A DNA stretch of 64,000 nucleotides from the NCBI GenBank assembly GCA_902386555.1, contig CABMJJ010000003.1:32939-96938 (forward strand). The letters are read 5' to 3'. The notes beneath the pieces were generated by a model, which saw only the letters and a program-made list of their open reading frames with translations, was not told where the DNA came from and ran no database searches. The stretch comes from Candidatus Bilamarchaeum dharawalense. Its GTDB lineage: Archaea > Micrarchaeota > Micrarchaeia > Anstonellales > Bilamarchaeaceae. This document shows, in pieces, positions 41,038 through 51,075 of this stretch. Position 1 is the first letter of the stretch; each line of letters opens with the position of its first letter. The position numbers and the translations under genes are program-made.

Positions 41038-42468
41038 ATGCACAACGAGTTAGCTGGAAAAGGAATCCGACTTACCGTTGATGCAGAAGAGTTTTTGAAA
41101 TCAAATGATTCTCAAGACTTGGTATACAAAATTATCGCACTGGAAAAGCCACTGATTTCTAGAGAGGATATTGAACAGCTGATTAAACCAAAGGAACAAC
41201 CAAAAGTAGAAGTGATAAGACCGCCAGAATTCATTCCACTGGCCAAAGAGTACTCATCCAACATAAAAATAAACCACACACTGGATGTTACTGGTAAATC
41301 AAGAACAAAAGGGGAAGTTGACAATTTTATTGCTCATTTTAGGAATAGATTTGAACGAATTTCAAAGATGCTGAGAAGAAGTAACTCAGTTCCAACAGCA
41401 GATATAGCAGATGTAAAAAAGCATTTGAATGAACGAGTAAGAGTTATTGCTTTTATTAGTGAAAAAAGGGAGACAAAAAAAGGCAACATCCTATTTGAAA
41501 TCGAAGATATGACTGGTTCTTTTAAGGTTGTGGTGTCATCATCAAAATTCAATGAAAAAGTGATGGACAAGGCGAAATTCATTATTTTGGATGACATAGT
41601 GGCAATAACCGGAAAGGTTCTTGAACCCTATTTGATTGCTGAAGATATAGAATGGCCAGATTTGCCAGTCATAAGAGAAAAGAAAAAAACAGAAAACGAT
41701 GTGGCCATTGCCTATTTATCAGACTTGCATTTTGGAAGCAGGCACTTTTTGGATAAACATTTGAAAACCTTTGTGGATTGGCTTCATGGTAAAGGTGAGG
41801 CAAGGGACCTTGCTGGAAAAGTAAAATATATTGCCATAGCAGGAGATATTGTAGACGGAATAGGAATCTATCCAAATCAGGAAAAAGAATTGATCGTAAA
41901 GGATGTTTTCCAACAATACAAAATGTTTGATGACTTTATCGAGGATATTCCAGATTATATTAAGACCATTGTCGGACCGGGAAACCATGATGCAGTAAGA
42001 AGAGGAGAACCGCAACCGGCCATTGGCAAGGATTACATTTCAAGTGAGGTAACCAGAGTAGGGAACCCATCCTATTTTACAGTGGAAGGGATCAGACATC
42101 TAATGTATCATGGGACATCCATTGATTCCATGATTTCAAGTATACCCCAAACTTCCTACACCCATCCAGAAAAAGTAATGGTGGAATATTTGAAGCGAAG
42201 GCATTTGTCACCAATTTATGGGGGTAATTTGATAATCCCCGAGAACATCGATTACATGGTGATAGACGAACCGCCAGATGTTTTTCATTGTGGACATGTT
42301 CACAAAAATGGTTATACCCAATATCGCGGAACGCTTGTAATAAACTCAGGCACCTTCCAAGATAGAACGGATTTTCAGGTTAAGCAAGGGCATGTACCAA
42401 CGCCTGCACTTGTGCCAGTTTACGAAATGAAAGATGGACGACTTCACACATTGGATTTCAAGTCGTAA
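41038..42468 (+). CDS. DNA polymerase D (PolD) small subunit DP1
   Basis: OB-fold region followed by calcineurin/Mre11-like phosphoesterase motifs: YLSDLHFGS, IAGDIVDG, GNHD and HCGHVH. 476 aa. Confidence 0.85.
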   Translation: MHNELAGKGIRLTVDAEEFLKSNDSQDLVYKIIALEKPLISREDIEQLIKPKEQPKVEVIRPPEFIPLAKEYSSNIKINHTLDVTGKSRTKGEVDNFIAHFRNRFERISKMLRRSNSVPTADIADVKKHLNERVRVIAFISEKRETKKGNILFEIEDMTGSFKVVVSSSKFNEKVMDKAKFIILDDIVAITGKVLEPYLIAEDIEWPDLPVIREKKKTENDVAIAYLSDLHFGSRHFLDKHLKTFVDWLHGKGEARDLAGKVKYIAIAGDIVDGIGIYPNQEKELIVKDVFQQYKMFDDFIEDIPDYIKTIVGPGNHDAVRRGEPQPAIGKDYISSEVTRVGNPSYFTVEGIRHLMYHGTSIDSMISSIPQTSYTHPEKVMVEYLKRRHLSPIYGGNLIIPENIDYMVIDEPPDVFHCGHVHKNGYTQYRGTLVINSGTFQDRTDFQVKQGHVPTPALVPVYEMKDGRLHTLDFKS

Positions 42469-42544
42469 AAAATCATGGTTTAAGGAATATTTATAAAGAT
42501 AAACTGCAAATCGCCTTTAGAACATTTATTTGAATGGTGATAGA

Positions 42545-42802
42545 ATGGCTAAGTATCTTATAGCAAGACAACTCTCTGGAAAAAAATTAGTAACCAATGA
42601 AGGTGACGATTTTGGAAGACTTGTTGACATTGAAGTCAACGAAGTTAGTGGAAAGATTGAGATGTTAGTGGTAGAACCAAACCCAGACAGTGGTCTAGCT
42701 TCAAAGATGAAAAAGGAAGATGGCATGGTCCACATACCCTACGAAAGTGTTCTAGCAGTTGGGGACTTTATCATCGTTGAAAAAAGGAATATGGCATACT
42801 GA
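42545..42802 (+). CDS. PRC-barrel domain protein
   Basis: KLVTNEGDDFGRLVDIEVNEVSGKIEMLVVEP. ATG 42545 preferred over TTG 42530. Confidence 0.7.
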   Translation: MAKYLIARQLSGKKLVTNEGDDFGRLVDIEVNEVSGKIEMLVVEPNPDSGLASKMKKEDGMVHIPYESVLAVGDFIIVEKRNMAY

Positions 42803-42911
42803 TAAAACGGATCCAGGGCCCTCTTTTTAACTCTCATTTTGTGAAGGGCCTTTCAAATATTCTAACTAACCTCTTTATTTTTAAGGGATATTCCCTATAT
42901 ATTTTCTACTT

Positions 42912-43556
42912 ATGTTTTCCTATATTGCTGGACTAGATGAAGCAGGGCGGGGAGCGGTACTCGGTCCGCTGGTAGTTTGCATTGCTGTTTGTAAACGAGA
43001 TAATGAAAAGCTACTGCGAAAATGGGCATCCAAGGATTCCAAAGCACTTACCCCAAATCAACGTGAGACCAGTTATGTCGAACTAAAAAAATTCTGCACT
43101 TTTAGATGGGTGGAGATTAGTGCTACAGATTTGGATAAACTGATGAAAACAATGTCGCTAAATGACATAGAAGCCAAGGTAATGGCAGATCTGATAAAAA
43201 AGGCAGAAGAAGGCGACGTTATGATAGATATGCCAGATCGCTACTCTTGGACATTTAGAAAACGAATGGAAAAATTTGGAGTTACCAAATTCGAAGCAGA
43301 ACATAAAGCTGATGAGAACTACCCAATTGTAGCTGCAGCTTCCATATGTGCAAAAGTAACAAGAGATGCAAAAATAGCTGAGATAAAACAGGCCACCTGT
43401 GATTTTGGAAGCGGCTACCCATCTGATCCAAGAACCATAGAAGCACTTCAGGACAAGGAAAAAAAGAAGATGATTACCCCGTTTATTAGGACGCGATGGA
43501 AAACACTGGACAGAATCAAACAAACCAAACTTTTTGATAGTGAATCAGAGGAATAG
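42912..43556 (+). CDS. rnhB: Ribonuclease HII
   Basis: IAGLDEAGRGAVLGPLVV, DSK and AASICAK motifs. Confidence 0.85.
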   Translation: MFSYIAGLDEAGRGAVLGPLVVCIAVCKRDNEKLLRKWASKDSKALTPNQRETSYVELKKFCTFRWVEISATDLDKLMKTMSLNDIEAKVMADLIKKAEEGDVMIDMPDRYSWTFRKRMEKFGVTKFEAEHKADENYPIVAAASICAKVTRDAKIAEIKQATCDFGSGYPSDPRTIEALQDKEKKKMITPFIRTRWKTLDRIKQTKLFDSESEE

Positions 43557-43558
43557 CC

Positions 43559-43831
43559 ATGGCAAAGGTAAAGATAATAAATGACGGTGGGACCCTTGAA
43601 ATACCAGATGGATCACGACTGCTGGATTATACCAAAGAAACTGGCATGCTTTATGGCTGTGAATCCGGTCAGTGTGGAACGTGTATATGTAAGGTAATAA
43701 AAGGTAAAGAAAATCTTAATAGCCGAAGCGCTTCAGAAGAACTAATTCTAGCTAAAAGAAGTGCACAAACCAATGAGCGATTGGCCTGTCAGATTTGGAT
43801 AAAAAAAGGAGAAGTAGAGATAGAATACTAG
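43559..43831 (+). CDS. Plant-type [2Fe-2S] ferredoxin
   Basis: CESGQCGTC (Cx4Cx2C) plus LACQ in 90 aa. Confidence 0.75.
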   Translation: MAKVKIINDGGTLEIPDGSRLLDYTKETGMLYGCESGQCGTCICKVIKGKENLNSRSASEELILAKRSAQTNERLACQIWIKKGEVEIEY

Positions 43832-44556
43832 TCTGGGGCATTGCTTTCAACAATCACTCTGCCCTTCATTATTGGATGAGTTACAGAGTAATATTCGCAA
43901 TTTAGCATCTGATTCATGGTTAGTGTTACATTCTGACCATGCCCGAGAACATTGGTATCAAACACCTGTTTTCCATCAATGAAACAGGTGGCAGATCTTG
44001 GAAAGTTACCGGTGTTAACAAAAGTAACTCGATCAGAAACCTTAACCGTTAAATCTGCTGGCTCATATGAGAAATCCTTTATTGTGACTGTATAATCTTT
44101 TGGCACATATGGTGGTGGTATTTCCTTTTCAACAATAAATGTAACCTGCTTGTCCATACCATAGGATTTTTGGTCATTTGTCCATAGTGCTACCTTGACT
44201 GTGTGTTCACCAACAGCCAATCCTGCAATCACATAATTCTTGGAAGTGACTGTTATGGCTGGGTTGTTGTCAACAGTGACCTTGAAATGACCCTCTCCCT
44301 TTTTAGGTACTCCCCCGGGTTGCTTAAGAACAAGGTTTTGAGTGTTTAGAGAAAGTGTTACATCCGCAACATTTTCTTGAGTGAGTATCACTTCACCGGA
44401 AGTCGGACTGACAATGGTAAATGAGGGATTTTTATATACCGTTGTATTCTGATCTGTAGTATTGGTTTCATTTGTTTGATTTTGCTCTGGTGGAGGGGTG
44501 AAACATCCTGCCAGGAGCATCCCAAAAACCAGTAAACTTAAGATGACTAATCTCAT
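43828..44556 (-). CDS. Lipoprotein with a C-terminal cupredoxin-like domain
   Basis: Classic lipobox LLAGC and a Thr/Asn-rich linker. The C-terminal TFVNTG...CEYYSVTHPIMKG resembles the type-1 copper C..H..M loop, but the N-terminal His ligand is not evident. Confidence 0.5.
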   Translation of the reverse strand: MRLVILSLLVFGMLLAGCFTPPPEQNQTNETNTTDQNTTVYKNPSFTIVSPTSGEVILTQENVADVTLSLNTQNLVLKQPGGVPKKGEGHFKVTVDNNPAITVTSKNYVIAGLAVGEHTVKVALWTNDQKSYGMDKQVTFIVEKEIPPPYVPKDYTVTIKDFSYEPADLTVKVSDRVTFVNTGNFPRSATCFIDGKQVFDTNVLGHGQNVTLTMNQMLNCEYYSVTHPIMKGRVIVESNAPD

Positions 44557-44621
44557 GATTTTTTATTGTAACCTACGGTTAATAAAATGCATGTTTAGGG
44601 GATGATTTTATCATAAAAGGT

Positions 44622-45251
44622 GTGTTGTTTGATTTTGATGGTGTGATTGTGCAATCAGAACCATTGCATAGAAAAACCTTTCTGGACTTGCTTAGACCAT
44701 ACCAGGTTGATGTGAGTACGGAGAGATGGTACAGAGAATTTGCTGGCACAGGTTCAAGACATATTTTCGAAGTTTTGGTGAAGGAGCACAGTATAAACGA
44801 AAACGTTGATGTGCTGGTTGCAAAACGAAAGAAAAATTACGAAGAGGCAGTGCAAAAGGGAGAGCTTAAACAAACTCCAGGGGTAGAGAAATTTTTAGCA
44901 CTGCTCAAGAGAAAGAAGATAAAAACTGCGATTGTTTCGGGTAGCCACAGAACAAATGTCCAGGCAGCTCTGAAATTTTTTAACCTAGCAGAATTTTTCG
45001 ACATTATCGTAAGCGGGGATGATTTGGAGAAGAGAAAACCAGATCCAGAACCATTTCTATACGCTGCAAGAAAGCTTGGCCTTAAACCTGACGAATGCAT
45101 TGCCATAGAAGATTCTTTTTCAGGTGCAGAAGCGGTAATTGCCGCTGGAATGAAACTCATCATCCTACGCTCACCTGCAAAAATTCCACGTGAGAACGCT
45201 GTTGCTGTGATCGATAATTTCGAAAATATCGACTTAGATAACTTTTTATAG
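44622..45251 (+). CDS. HAD-superfamily hydrolase (beta-phosphoglucomutase-like subfamily)
   Basis: LFDFDGVIV (DxD), VSGS and EDSFSGAEA motifs. Confidence 0.8.
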   Translation: MLFDFDGVIVQSEPLHRKTFLDLLRPYQVDVSTERWYREFAGTGSRHIFEVLVKEHSINENVDVLVAKRKKNYEEAVQKGELKQTPGVEKFLALLKRKKIKTAIVSGSHRTNVQAALKFFNLAEFFDIIVSGDDLEKRKPDPEPFLYAARKLGLKPDECIAIEDSFSGAEAVIAAGMKLIILRSPAKIPRENAVAVIDNFENIDLDNFL

Positions 45252-45302
45252 GGTTTTTTACAAAAACAAATAGTTCGGAGTTTCCGCTCGAGAGGTTTTA
45301 AG

Positions 45303-46478
45303 ATGATAAAGCTTGAGCTGGACCGAAAAAAACATAGTTTAATGGTGAAGGAACAATCTGATGTTTCCTCATTGCAGAACGGTTTTTACGGCCAGATGAA
45401 AAGAGGAATAATTTACCTATCCCCAGAAGAAGCGCTTTATGTAATGGACATCAGAAATGGCAGATGCTATGATGATGTCGGCAATGAGTTTGCATTCAAT
45501 GATGTTGCAGCTCTTTTTGTGAAAAATAAAAAATTACTTGCCAGATATCTAACCTATAAGGATTATCGGGATAAGGGTTTGATTTTAAGAAATGCAACAG
45601 AAGCAGAGGGAAACTATGGTAGGTCCATTTCAGTAAAATATAAGGGGGGGCATTTTGAACTGGATGCCTATTCTTTTGAAGGCCTGTTTTTCCCCAATGA
45701 TCTCATAACCCTGGTGGATGAGGAGAAAGTTGGAAAAGAACTTTATGAAAGATATTGGATCGGACAGTTTGGCACCTACAAGGCTGCCCATCGCGGTAAG
45801 ATATCAAAATTAGACATCTACGAAACGATTTATCTATTAAAACATGGCGAGCTTCATTTGAAAAACTCCAATCTTGAACAGGTAGAGAAATTTGCCAAGA
45901 AGAGAATCAAGTTTTTCACTGATATGTACCTTGTCTATGAAGATTGGCGCAAACGTGGCTATGTAATCAAAACAGGATTCAAATTTGGAACCCATTTCAG
46001 AATCTACTTCCCTGGTGCGTCTCCAGTGAGAAGTGAGGATGAGTGGATGCATTCCAAGCACGTAATCCACGTTTTCCCGAGAAAACATAAACAGATAATT
46101 TCCGAGTGGGCAAGAGCCATTCGGGTTGCACATAGTGTAAAGAAAACATTTATTTTAGCAATTCCAGGAAAGAAAGCAGAGATAAAAGTCAATCCAAAAA
46201 AACCAAGACTTGATTTTGTTGCCTACCACCGTAAGAAAGGAGGAATCGAAACCCCCAAGGATGGAACACCAAGATATCTTATGTATTCTCTTACCGAAGA
46301 TGAATACATAGGGGGAGAAGAATTGGCAAAGGCATTGGCAGAATGCAACCAATACGGTCTTGAGATGATTATGGGAATAAGTGACAGGGAGAGCAGCGTC
46401 ACCTATTATGTGATAAAAGCAATCGATCTTCCTGGCAGCGAATATGAATATTATGAGATAGAATGGATTCAACCATAG
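45303..46478 (+). CDS. endA: tRNA-splicing endonuclease with three-unit architecture
   Basis: The catalytic unit is in the middle: YLVYEDWRKRGYVIKTGFKFGTHFRIY, HSKHVIHV and AHSVKK (Tyr/His/Lys triad). It is preceded by a degenerate unit (YLTYKDYRDKGLILRN) and followed by an extra about 95-aa unit. 391 aa. Confidence 0.8.
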   Translation: MIKLELDRKKHSLMVKEQSDVSSLQNGFYGQMKRGIIYLSPEEALYVMDIRNGRCYDDVGNEFAFNDVAALFVKNKKLLARYLTYKDYRDKGLILRNATEAEGNYGRSISVKYKGGHFELDAYSFEGLFFPNDLITLVDEEKVGKELYERYWIGQFGTYKAAHRGKISKLDIYETIYLLKHGELHLKNSNLEQVEKFAKKRIKFFTDMYLVYEDWRKRGYVIKTGFKFGTHFRIYFPGASPVRSEDEWMHSKHVIHVFPRKHKQIISEWARAIRVAHSVKKTFILAIPGKKAEIKVNPKKPRLDFVAYHRKKGGIETPKDGTPRYLMYSLTEDEYIGGEELAKALAECNQYGLEMIMGISDRESSVTYYVIKAIDLPGSEYEYYEIEWIQP

Positions 46479-46496
46479 TTTTATCCATAAACAAAA

Positions 46497-46609
46497 GGTG
46501 AAAAAATGTGCAAACATTTTTTCTTTATAATGGAGTGAAATGAGATTTCACGACAGTCGCGAAGCTTTGCTTCGCAACAAAATAGGAATTTTTATGAGGT
46601 GAAAAAATG
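46497..46609 (+). repeat. Hairpin/TATA/leader cassette, copy B (in front of the parvulin gene), carrying the two-hairpin insert
   Basis: The same three blocks as 29271-29334 occur at 46497-46508, 46515-46530 and 46585-46609. The stretch between blocks 2 and 3 is expanded by about 50 nt that contains the two-hairpin element. Confidence 0.6.
46535..46575. repeat. Two-hairpin intergenic element, copy 2 (GTGAAAT-GAG-ATTTCAC - GACAGTC - GCGAAGC-TTT-GCTTCGC)
   Basis: Same architecture and the same TTCACGACAGTC junction as 17818-17864. Confidence 0.5.
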
Positions 46610-46882
46610 CAGGTACGAGCAAGCCATATTTTAGTTAATGAGGAAAAAACAGCAAAAAAGATCAAAGCGGACATTGATGCTGGAGCAGATTTCAAGAAAA
46701 TGGCCAAAAAACACTCCAAATGCCCAAGCGGTGAACAGGGTGGAGATTTGGGATTTTTCGGTAAAGGCCAGATGGTAAAGGAATTTGAAGATGCGGCATT
46801 TTCATTGCCAGTTGGTGTTGTTTCCCAACCAATAAAAACCGAATTTGGCTACCACCTAATAGTTGTTACGGCTAAGAGGTAG
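46607..46882 (+). CDS. Parvulin-type peptidyl-prolyl cis-trans isomerase
   Basis: [29 protein letters not shown] and FGYHLI in 91 aa. Confidence 0.85.
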   Translation: MQVRASHILVNEEKTAKKIKADIDAGADFKKMAKKHSKCPSGEQGGDLGFFGKGQMVKEFEDAAFSLPVGVVSQPIKTEFGYHLIVVTAKR

Positions 46883-46912
46883 ATTTTTAATTTGCCTGTT
46901 TCATAACTTGAT

Positions 46913-47539
46913 ATGATGTGTATGTACAAACACACTATATTACTAGTTTTGATGTTGTCGCTTAGCTCTGCTGCCATATGGGAGTCAGGCGACGCAGGAA
47001 AGGCATTTGCAAAGAACACTGCCACAGCAATGTGTAATGAACCTGATGTGGCAGCGGTGTATATTTGTAATGGAAATGTTGTCAGAGTTGTTTCATCCTT
47101 ACTAGGAGCTGGAAGCACATTCTACAAACCTGATGGTAGAGTAGTCAAATGTCCAGTTGTTGCTCCAACTGCCATGGGTGCCGAGTGTTTACAGATGATG
47201 ACCCCGAATTACTGTCCTCAAGAAGAAAAATGCGGCGATTCAAATGTAACTGATATTTTCCCTGGCCAAAATGACACCCAACCAGAAGAACCAGTGGTTA
47301 CACCTTCAGAACCACCAGAAACTAAACCACCTGAAGACACTGGACCGAAACCGCCAGAAAATAATGTGATCCAACCGGCAGATGACCTACCGGAGGAGGT
47401 TCCACCTGGAACCACAGTGATCAAAACAGGCACTGAAAACCCAATTGGATTCCTTTTACCAGTTGTTCTGCTTTTGGGAGTTGCTGCGGTGATAATTCTA
47501 TTCCTGCTATTTAAAAATAGCATCCAGCACGACGTTTAA
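46913..47539 (+). CDS. Exported Cys-rich protein with a Pro/Glu-rich linker and C-terminal anchor
   Basis: Signal-like ILLVLMLSLSSAA and several Cys. Linker PEEPVVTPSEPPETKPPEDTGPKPPEN. C-terminal ENPIGFLLPVVLLLGVAAVIILFLLF helix. Confidence 0.6.
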   Translation: MMCMYKHTILLVLMLSLSSAAIWESGDAGKAFAKNTATAMCNEPDVAAVYICNGNVVRVVSSLLGAGSTFYKPDGRVVKCPVVAPTAMGAECLQMMTPNYCPQEEKCGDSNVTDIFPGQNDTQPEEPVVTPSEPPETKPPEDTGPKPPENNVIQPADDLPEEVPPGTTVIKTGTENPIGFLLPVVLLLGVAAVIILFLLFKNSIQHDV

Positions 47540-47543
47540 TTTT

Positions 47544-48755
47544 TTATTTTAATTCATCTTCAAGATATTTTCCTTCTTTTTGGAGTTTTTTTACCAAACT
47601 ACCTACTTTTTCATGGGCCTCTCGAAAAGACATGCCTTCCATTGCCAGTTTATCTGCCAGAAGGGTTGCCTTGGCATAGCCCTGGTCAATCAACTCCTTA
47701 GCCTTTTTCTGATTCCACTTGATAAGTACAATAATTTCAGCTGACATTTGCAAACAAGATTTTACAATTTCCACTGAATCCATAGCCAATCTTTTGGTTT
47801 CCTGGGTATCAGCGTTATGACCAGTTGGGGTTGCCTTCATAATGGTCAAAAGAGCCAGTAAATTCCCGTAAACCCGACCGGTTCTGCCTCGTATTAGTTC
47901 AAGTGGATCTGGATTCATTTTATTTGGCATTATACTGCTGCCAGTACAATATTCCTCTGGAAGTTCTATCAACCCAACATAGCTTAGCCAAATTAAATCT
48001 TCAGCTATTCGTGAAAGTTGAGTTGCAACCAAGGAACAAACAAAAACCAATTCCGATTCAAGCTCACCACGAGAACTTATGGTTTCCAGTGAATTTTCTT
48101 CAACAGAATCAAAACCAAGAAGTTTTGCCGTGTAGTCTCGATCAATATTCCAGCTGGTACCAGAAATGGCACATGCTCCAAGAGGATTTTTATTTACCCG
48201 TTTGTAGAGTTGCTCCAATCTTTCAATATCTTTTTCAAATGAAACCGAATAGCCGTCGCCCCAGAATTTATTGGTTATGGGTTGTGCAACTCGCGTATGA
48301 GTATGGGCAGGGATATCCACCTTTAGTTTTCCCTGGATCTCCAGTGATTTTTGCAGGTTTTTTAAAAAACCAATTAGATTTTTTATCTCGTCACGCATGT
48401 ATAATCGCAGGTCGAGATTGACCTGATCATTGCGCGAGCGAGCAGTGTGCATTTTTTTTCCATGGGGTGTTTTTTTTGTCACTGCAACTTCCACATTCAT
48501 ATGCACATCTTCCAAATTTGGATCAAGCTTGAATTTACCTGTTTTCCACTCTTGTAAAAGTTCATTCAGGGCACGGAGTAGTTCTTCTGTCTCCTCTGCC
48601 TTTAGGATCTTTTGCTTACCCAACATTTTTACATGAGCAATGCTACCAAGAATATCGTATTCAACCAATTTTTCATCAACAAGAATGTTCTCAGCACTGT
48701 TGAATAGAAGAACATTCTTTTTTGGATCCTTGGAAAATCTTCCGCCCCAAAGCAT
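47544..48755 (-). CDS. argH: Argininosuccinate lyase (short form)
   Basis: MLWGGRFS start at ATG 48755 (the track ORF starts 5 codons earlier at GTG). Has the fumarate-lyase signature GSSIMPNKMNPDPLE. About 403 aa, shorter than typical. Confidence 0.85.
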   Translation of the reverse strand: MLWGGRFSKDPKKNVLLFNSAENILVDEKLVEYDILGSIAHVKMLGKQKILKAEETEELLRALNELLQEWKTGKFKLDPNLEDVHMNVEVAVTKKTPHGKKMHTARSRNDQVNLDLRLYMRDEIKNLIGFLKNLQKSLEIQGKLKVDIPAHTHTRVAQPITNKFWGDGYSVSFEKDIERLEQLYKRVNKNPLGACAISGTSWNIDRDYTAKLLGFDSVEENSLETISSRGELESELVFVCSLVATQLSRIAEDLIWLSYVGLIELPEEYCTGSSIMPNKMNPDPLELIRGRTGRVYGNLLALLTIMKATPTGHNADTQETKRLAMDSVEIVKSCLQMSAEIIVLIKWNQKKAKELIDQGYAKATLLADKLAMEGMSFREAHEKVGSLVKKLQKEGKYLEDELK

Positions 48756-48769
48756 GTAATCACAACACA

Positions 48770-50008
48770 CTACTGCTTTTTACCTTTTTTCTTATGGTGG
48801 GTAATGGCATGATGTGCCATCAAACGTACAGCGTTTATCTTGATAAAACCAAGCGAGTCCATTTGATTGAACCCTCCCTCGATATTCATACTGGAAAGAT
48901 CCTGATCGTACAAAGAACTTGGAGATTCACGCCCCTTGATATTCACATTTCCCTTGTAAAGCGAGAGATAGACTACACCGTCGATTAATTCCTGACTTTT
49001 TTCAATGGCAGCCATGAGAAAATCCATTTCTGGACTGAACCAAAAACCATAGTAGACGATTTCTGAAAACTTTGGTTCAAGCATATCTCTTAAACGCATT
49101 ACTTCTCGATCCATGGCAATGGATTCGATGTCCATATGTGCAGCGCGCAATATGGTTGCTCCTGGGCTTTCGTAGATGCCACGTGATTTGATACCGACAA
49201 AACGGTTTTCAACCATATCCACTCTGCCGATTCCGTTCTGGCTTCCCAATTCATTTAGGTACATGAAAAGCTCCAGTGGATCGGTTTTCACCACCCCGTT
49301 TTCCCTATTTACAACTTTAATCGGGGTACCATCCTTGAAATGAATTTCTATGTGAGTTTCCTTATCCGGAGCTTTCTTTGGAGAGACTGTTTTGCTATAA
49401 ACCGATTCTTCTGGTTGCAACTTTGGATCTTCCAATATTCCTGCCTCATGACTAATATGCATCAGATTATCATCTTCGCTGTAGGGCTTGGAGAGTGTGG
49501 CTTTGATCGGTATGCCTTTTTCCTTTGCATAATTAATCAAATCGGTTCGTCCCTTGAATTTGACTAAAAATTCTGGATCTTTCCAGGGTGCAATAATTTT
49601 GATTTTTGGATTTAATGCGTAGTAGGTAAGTTCAAAACGAACCTGATCATTACCCTTTCCAGTAGCTCCGTGGGAAACATATTCTGCCCCTTCTTTTTCA
49701 GCAATTTCGATTTGTTTTTTTGCAATTACCGGACGGGCAAGGGAAGTGCCCAGGAGATATCTACCCTCGTAAATTGCATTGGCCTTAATAGCAGGAAAAA
49801 TAAAATCAGTTACAAACTCTTTCTTTAAATCCTCGATATAGACCTTGGATGCGCCAATCTGAAGTGCTTTGGCCTTAACAGCGTCGAAATCCTCATCTTG
49901 ACCCACATCTGCAACATAGGCGATTACAGTATAACCCTTATCAACCAGCCATTTCAAAATGCACGACGTGTCCAAACCTCCTGAATATGCCAAGATAACT
50001 TTTTTCAT
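48770..50008 (-). CDS. argG: Argininosuccinate synthase
   Basis: [25 protein letters not shown] and SRGIYESPG. Confidence 0.9.
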   Translation of the reverse strand: MKKVILAYSGGLDTSCILKWLVDKGYTVIAYVADVGQDEDFDAVKAKALQIGASKVYIEDLKKEFVTDFIFPAIKANAIYEGRYLLGTSLARPVIAKKQIEIAEKEGAEYVSHGATGKGNDQVRFELTYYALNPKIKIIAPWKDPEFLVKFKGRTDLINYAKEKGIPIKATLSKPYSEDDNLMHISHEAGILEDPKLQPEESVYSKTVSPKKAPDKETHIEIHFKDGTPIKVVNRENGVVKTDPLELFMYLNELGSQNGIGRVDMVENRFVGIKSRGIYESPGATILRAAHMDIESIAMDREVMRLRDMLEPKFSEIVYYGFWFSPEMDFLMAAIEKSQELIDGVVYLSLYKGNVNIKGRESPSSLYDQDLSSMNIEGGFNQMDSLGFIKINAVRLMAHHAITHHKKKGKKQ

Positions 50009-50012
50009 AATA

Positions 50013-50963
50013 TCAATCCTCTCTTACTAGGGGTGCGGTGCAGCATCGTGGCGCACCTTGCCCGGTCAATATTCCATCAAAAGGTAATTCAATTACCTTG
50101 AATCCTAATTTTTTCAGTTGCAAATTTACATCATGAGACGCAGTGGTGGATATTACAGTTTCTGGATTTATAAAGAAAACATTGGTCCACCCATTTGCAT
50201 AATCTGTTTTTGGAACGATGATAACATTTTTGATACTCAAACGAGAGATAAGTGTTGGAAGCGAGGTTTGATCGCTGTATAGCTCAGGACATGCAAGCAT
50301 GGTTCGCATACCATTTCGACCACCAATGGTAGTGGTGTAATCCAAATGAAGTGCACCTGGTTTGAGAGGCACTTGAATTATTTCACGATCCAGATGGGAA
50401 TCGAGAGTTTGTGCTGCGTTTCTGTTAGTTCGATCACTAATACCAACCAGAACCACATCTGAAAAAACTAGGACATCACCGAACTCTACAACATCGCTTC
50501 TTTTCCACGGTGATTCTGCACCGGAAATGATGTTTATTTCACCTTGACGAACCGGAAAGCGAAATTTGGCTGCGAATGCCCGATCACCTATAACTGCAAT
50601 TGAATCTCTTTGATAAACCGCTTCGGGTAGATGGGGTTTTGGTTCTACCATAATAACATCAACCCCTTCACCAAGCAATGCTTCCACCAGAAGATTGTGT
50701 TCCATAAGAACCTGAGAAATTGGCGGAGGTTGGTGAGTACTCTCAACCTCGTTTATGGCGCTGTCTGGGGTCCAGCTAAGAAAATTCGGCGGGTGTACCA
50801 ACACTTTTTTCAACTGCCCATCTTCAGAATCACATTTCACTCTAACACCATGAAGATTAATGGTTTCCACAAGTGTGAGTTTGCTTGTTGGACCCAATGC
50901 TTTTTGGACTGGATGGGGACCAGAACAGGCAGGAAATTTTGTAGCGTGTGCTAAATTTTGCAT
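50013..50963 (-). CDS. Amidinotransferase-superfamily enzyme (DDAH / arginine deiminase-like)
   Basis: The C-terminal [14 protein letters not shown] resembles the catalytic-Cys motif of the guanidino-modifying superfamily. It sits 4 nt upstream of argG. ATG 50963 preferred. Confidence 0.6.
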   Translation of the reverse strand: MQNLAHATKFPACSGPHPVQKALGPTSKLTLVETINLHGVRVKCDSEDGQLKKVLVHPPNFLSWTPDSAINEVESTHQPPPISQVLMEHNLLVEALLGEGVDVIMVEPKPHLPEAVYQRDSIAVIGDRAFAAKFRFPVRQGEINIISGAESPWKRSDVVEFGDVLVFSDVVLVGISDRTNRNAAQTLDSHLDREIIQVPLKPGALHLDYTTTIGGRNGMRTMLACPELYSDQTSLPTLISRLSIKNVIIVPKTDYANGWTNVFFINPETVISTTASHDVNLQLKKLGFKVIELPFDGILTGQGAPRCCTAPLVRED

Positions 50964-51075
50964 TATTATCACTCGTTGTTTGAATACTTTCAGTTAGAGC
51001 ATAATGGGTTTATATAATTTTCGTCATAAATGTTACAAACAGATAGTTAAATGTTACATTTGGAACAGTGATGAA

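Noticed and set aside
47903-48421. A 172-aa plus-strand ORF inside argH, and the 153-aa minus-strand ORF 21216-21677 inside the DJ-1 gene.
   Set aside because: Both are antisense to well-supported conserved genes and have no recognisable motifs.
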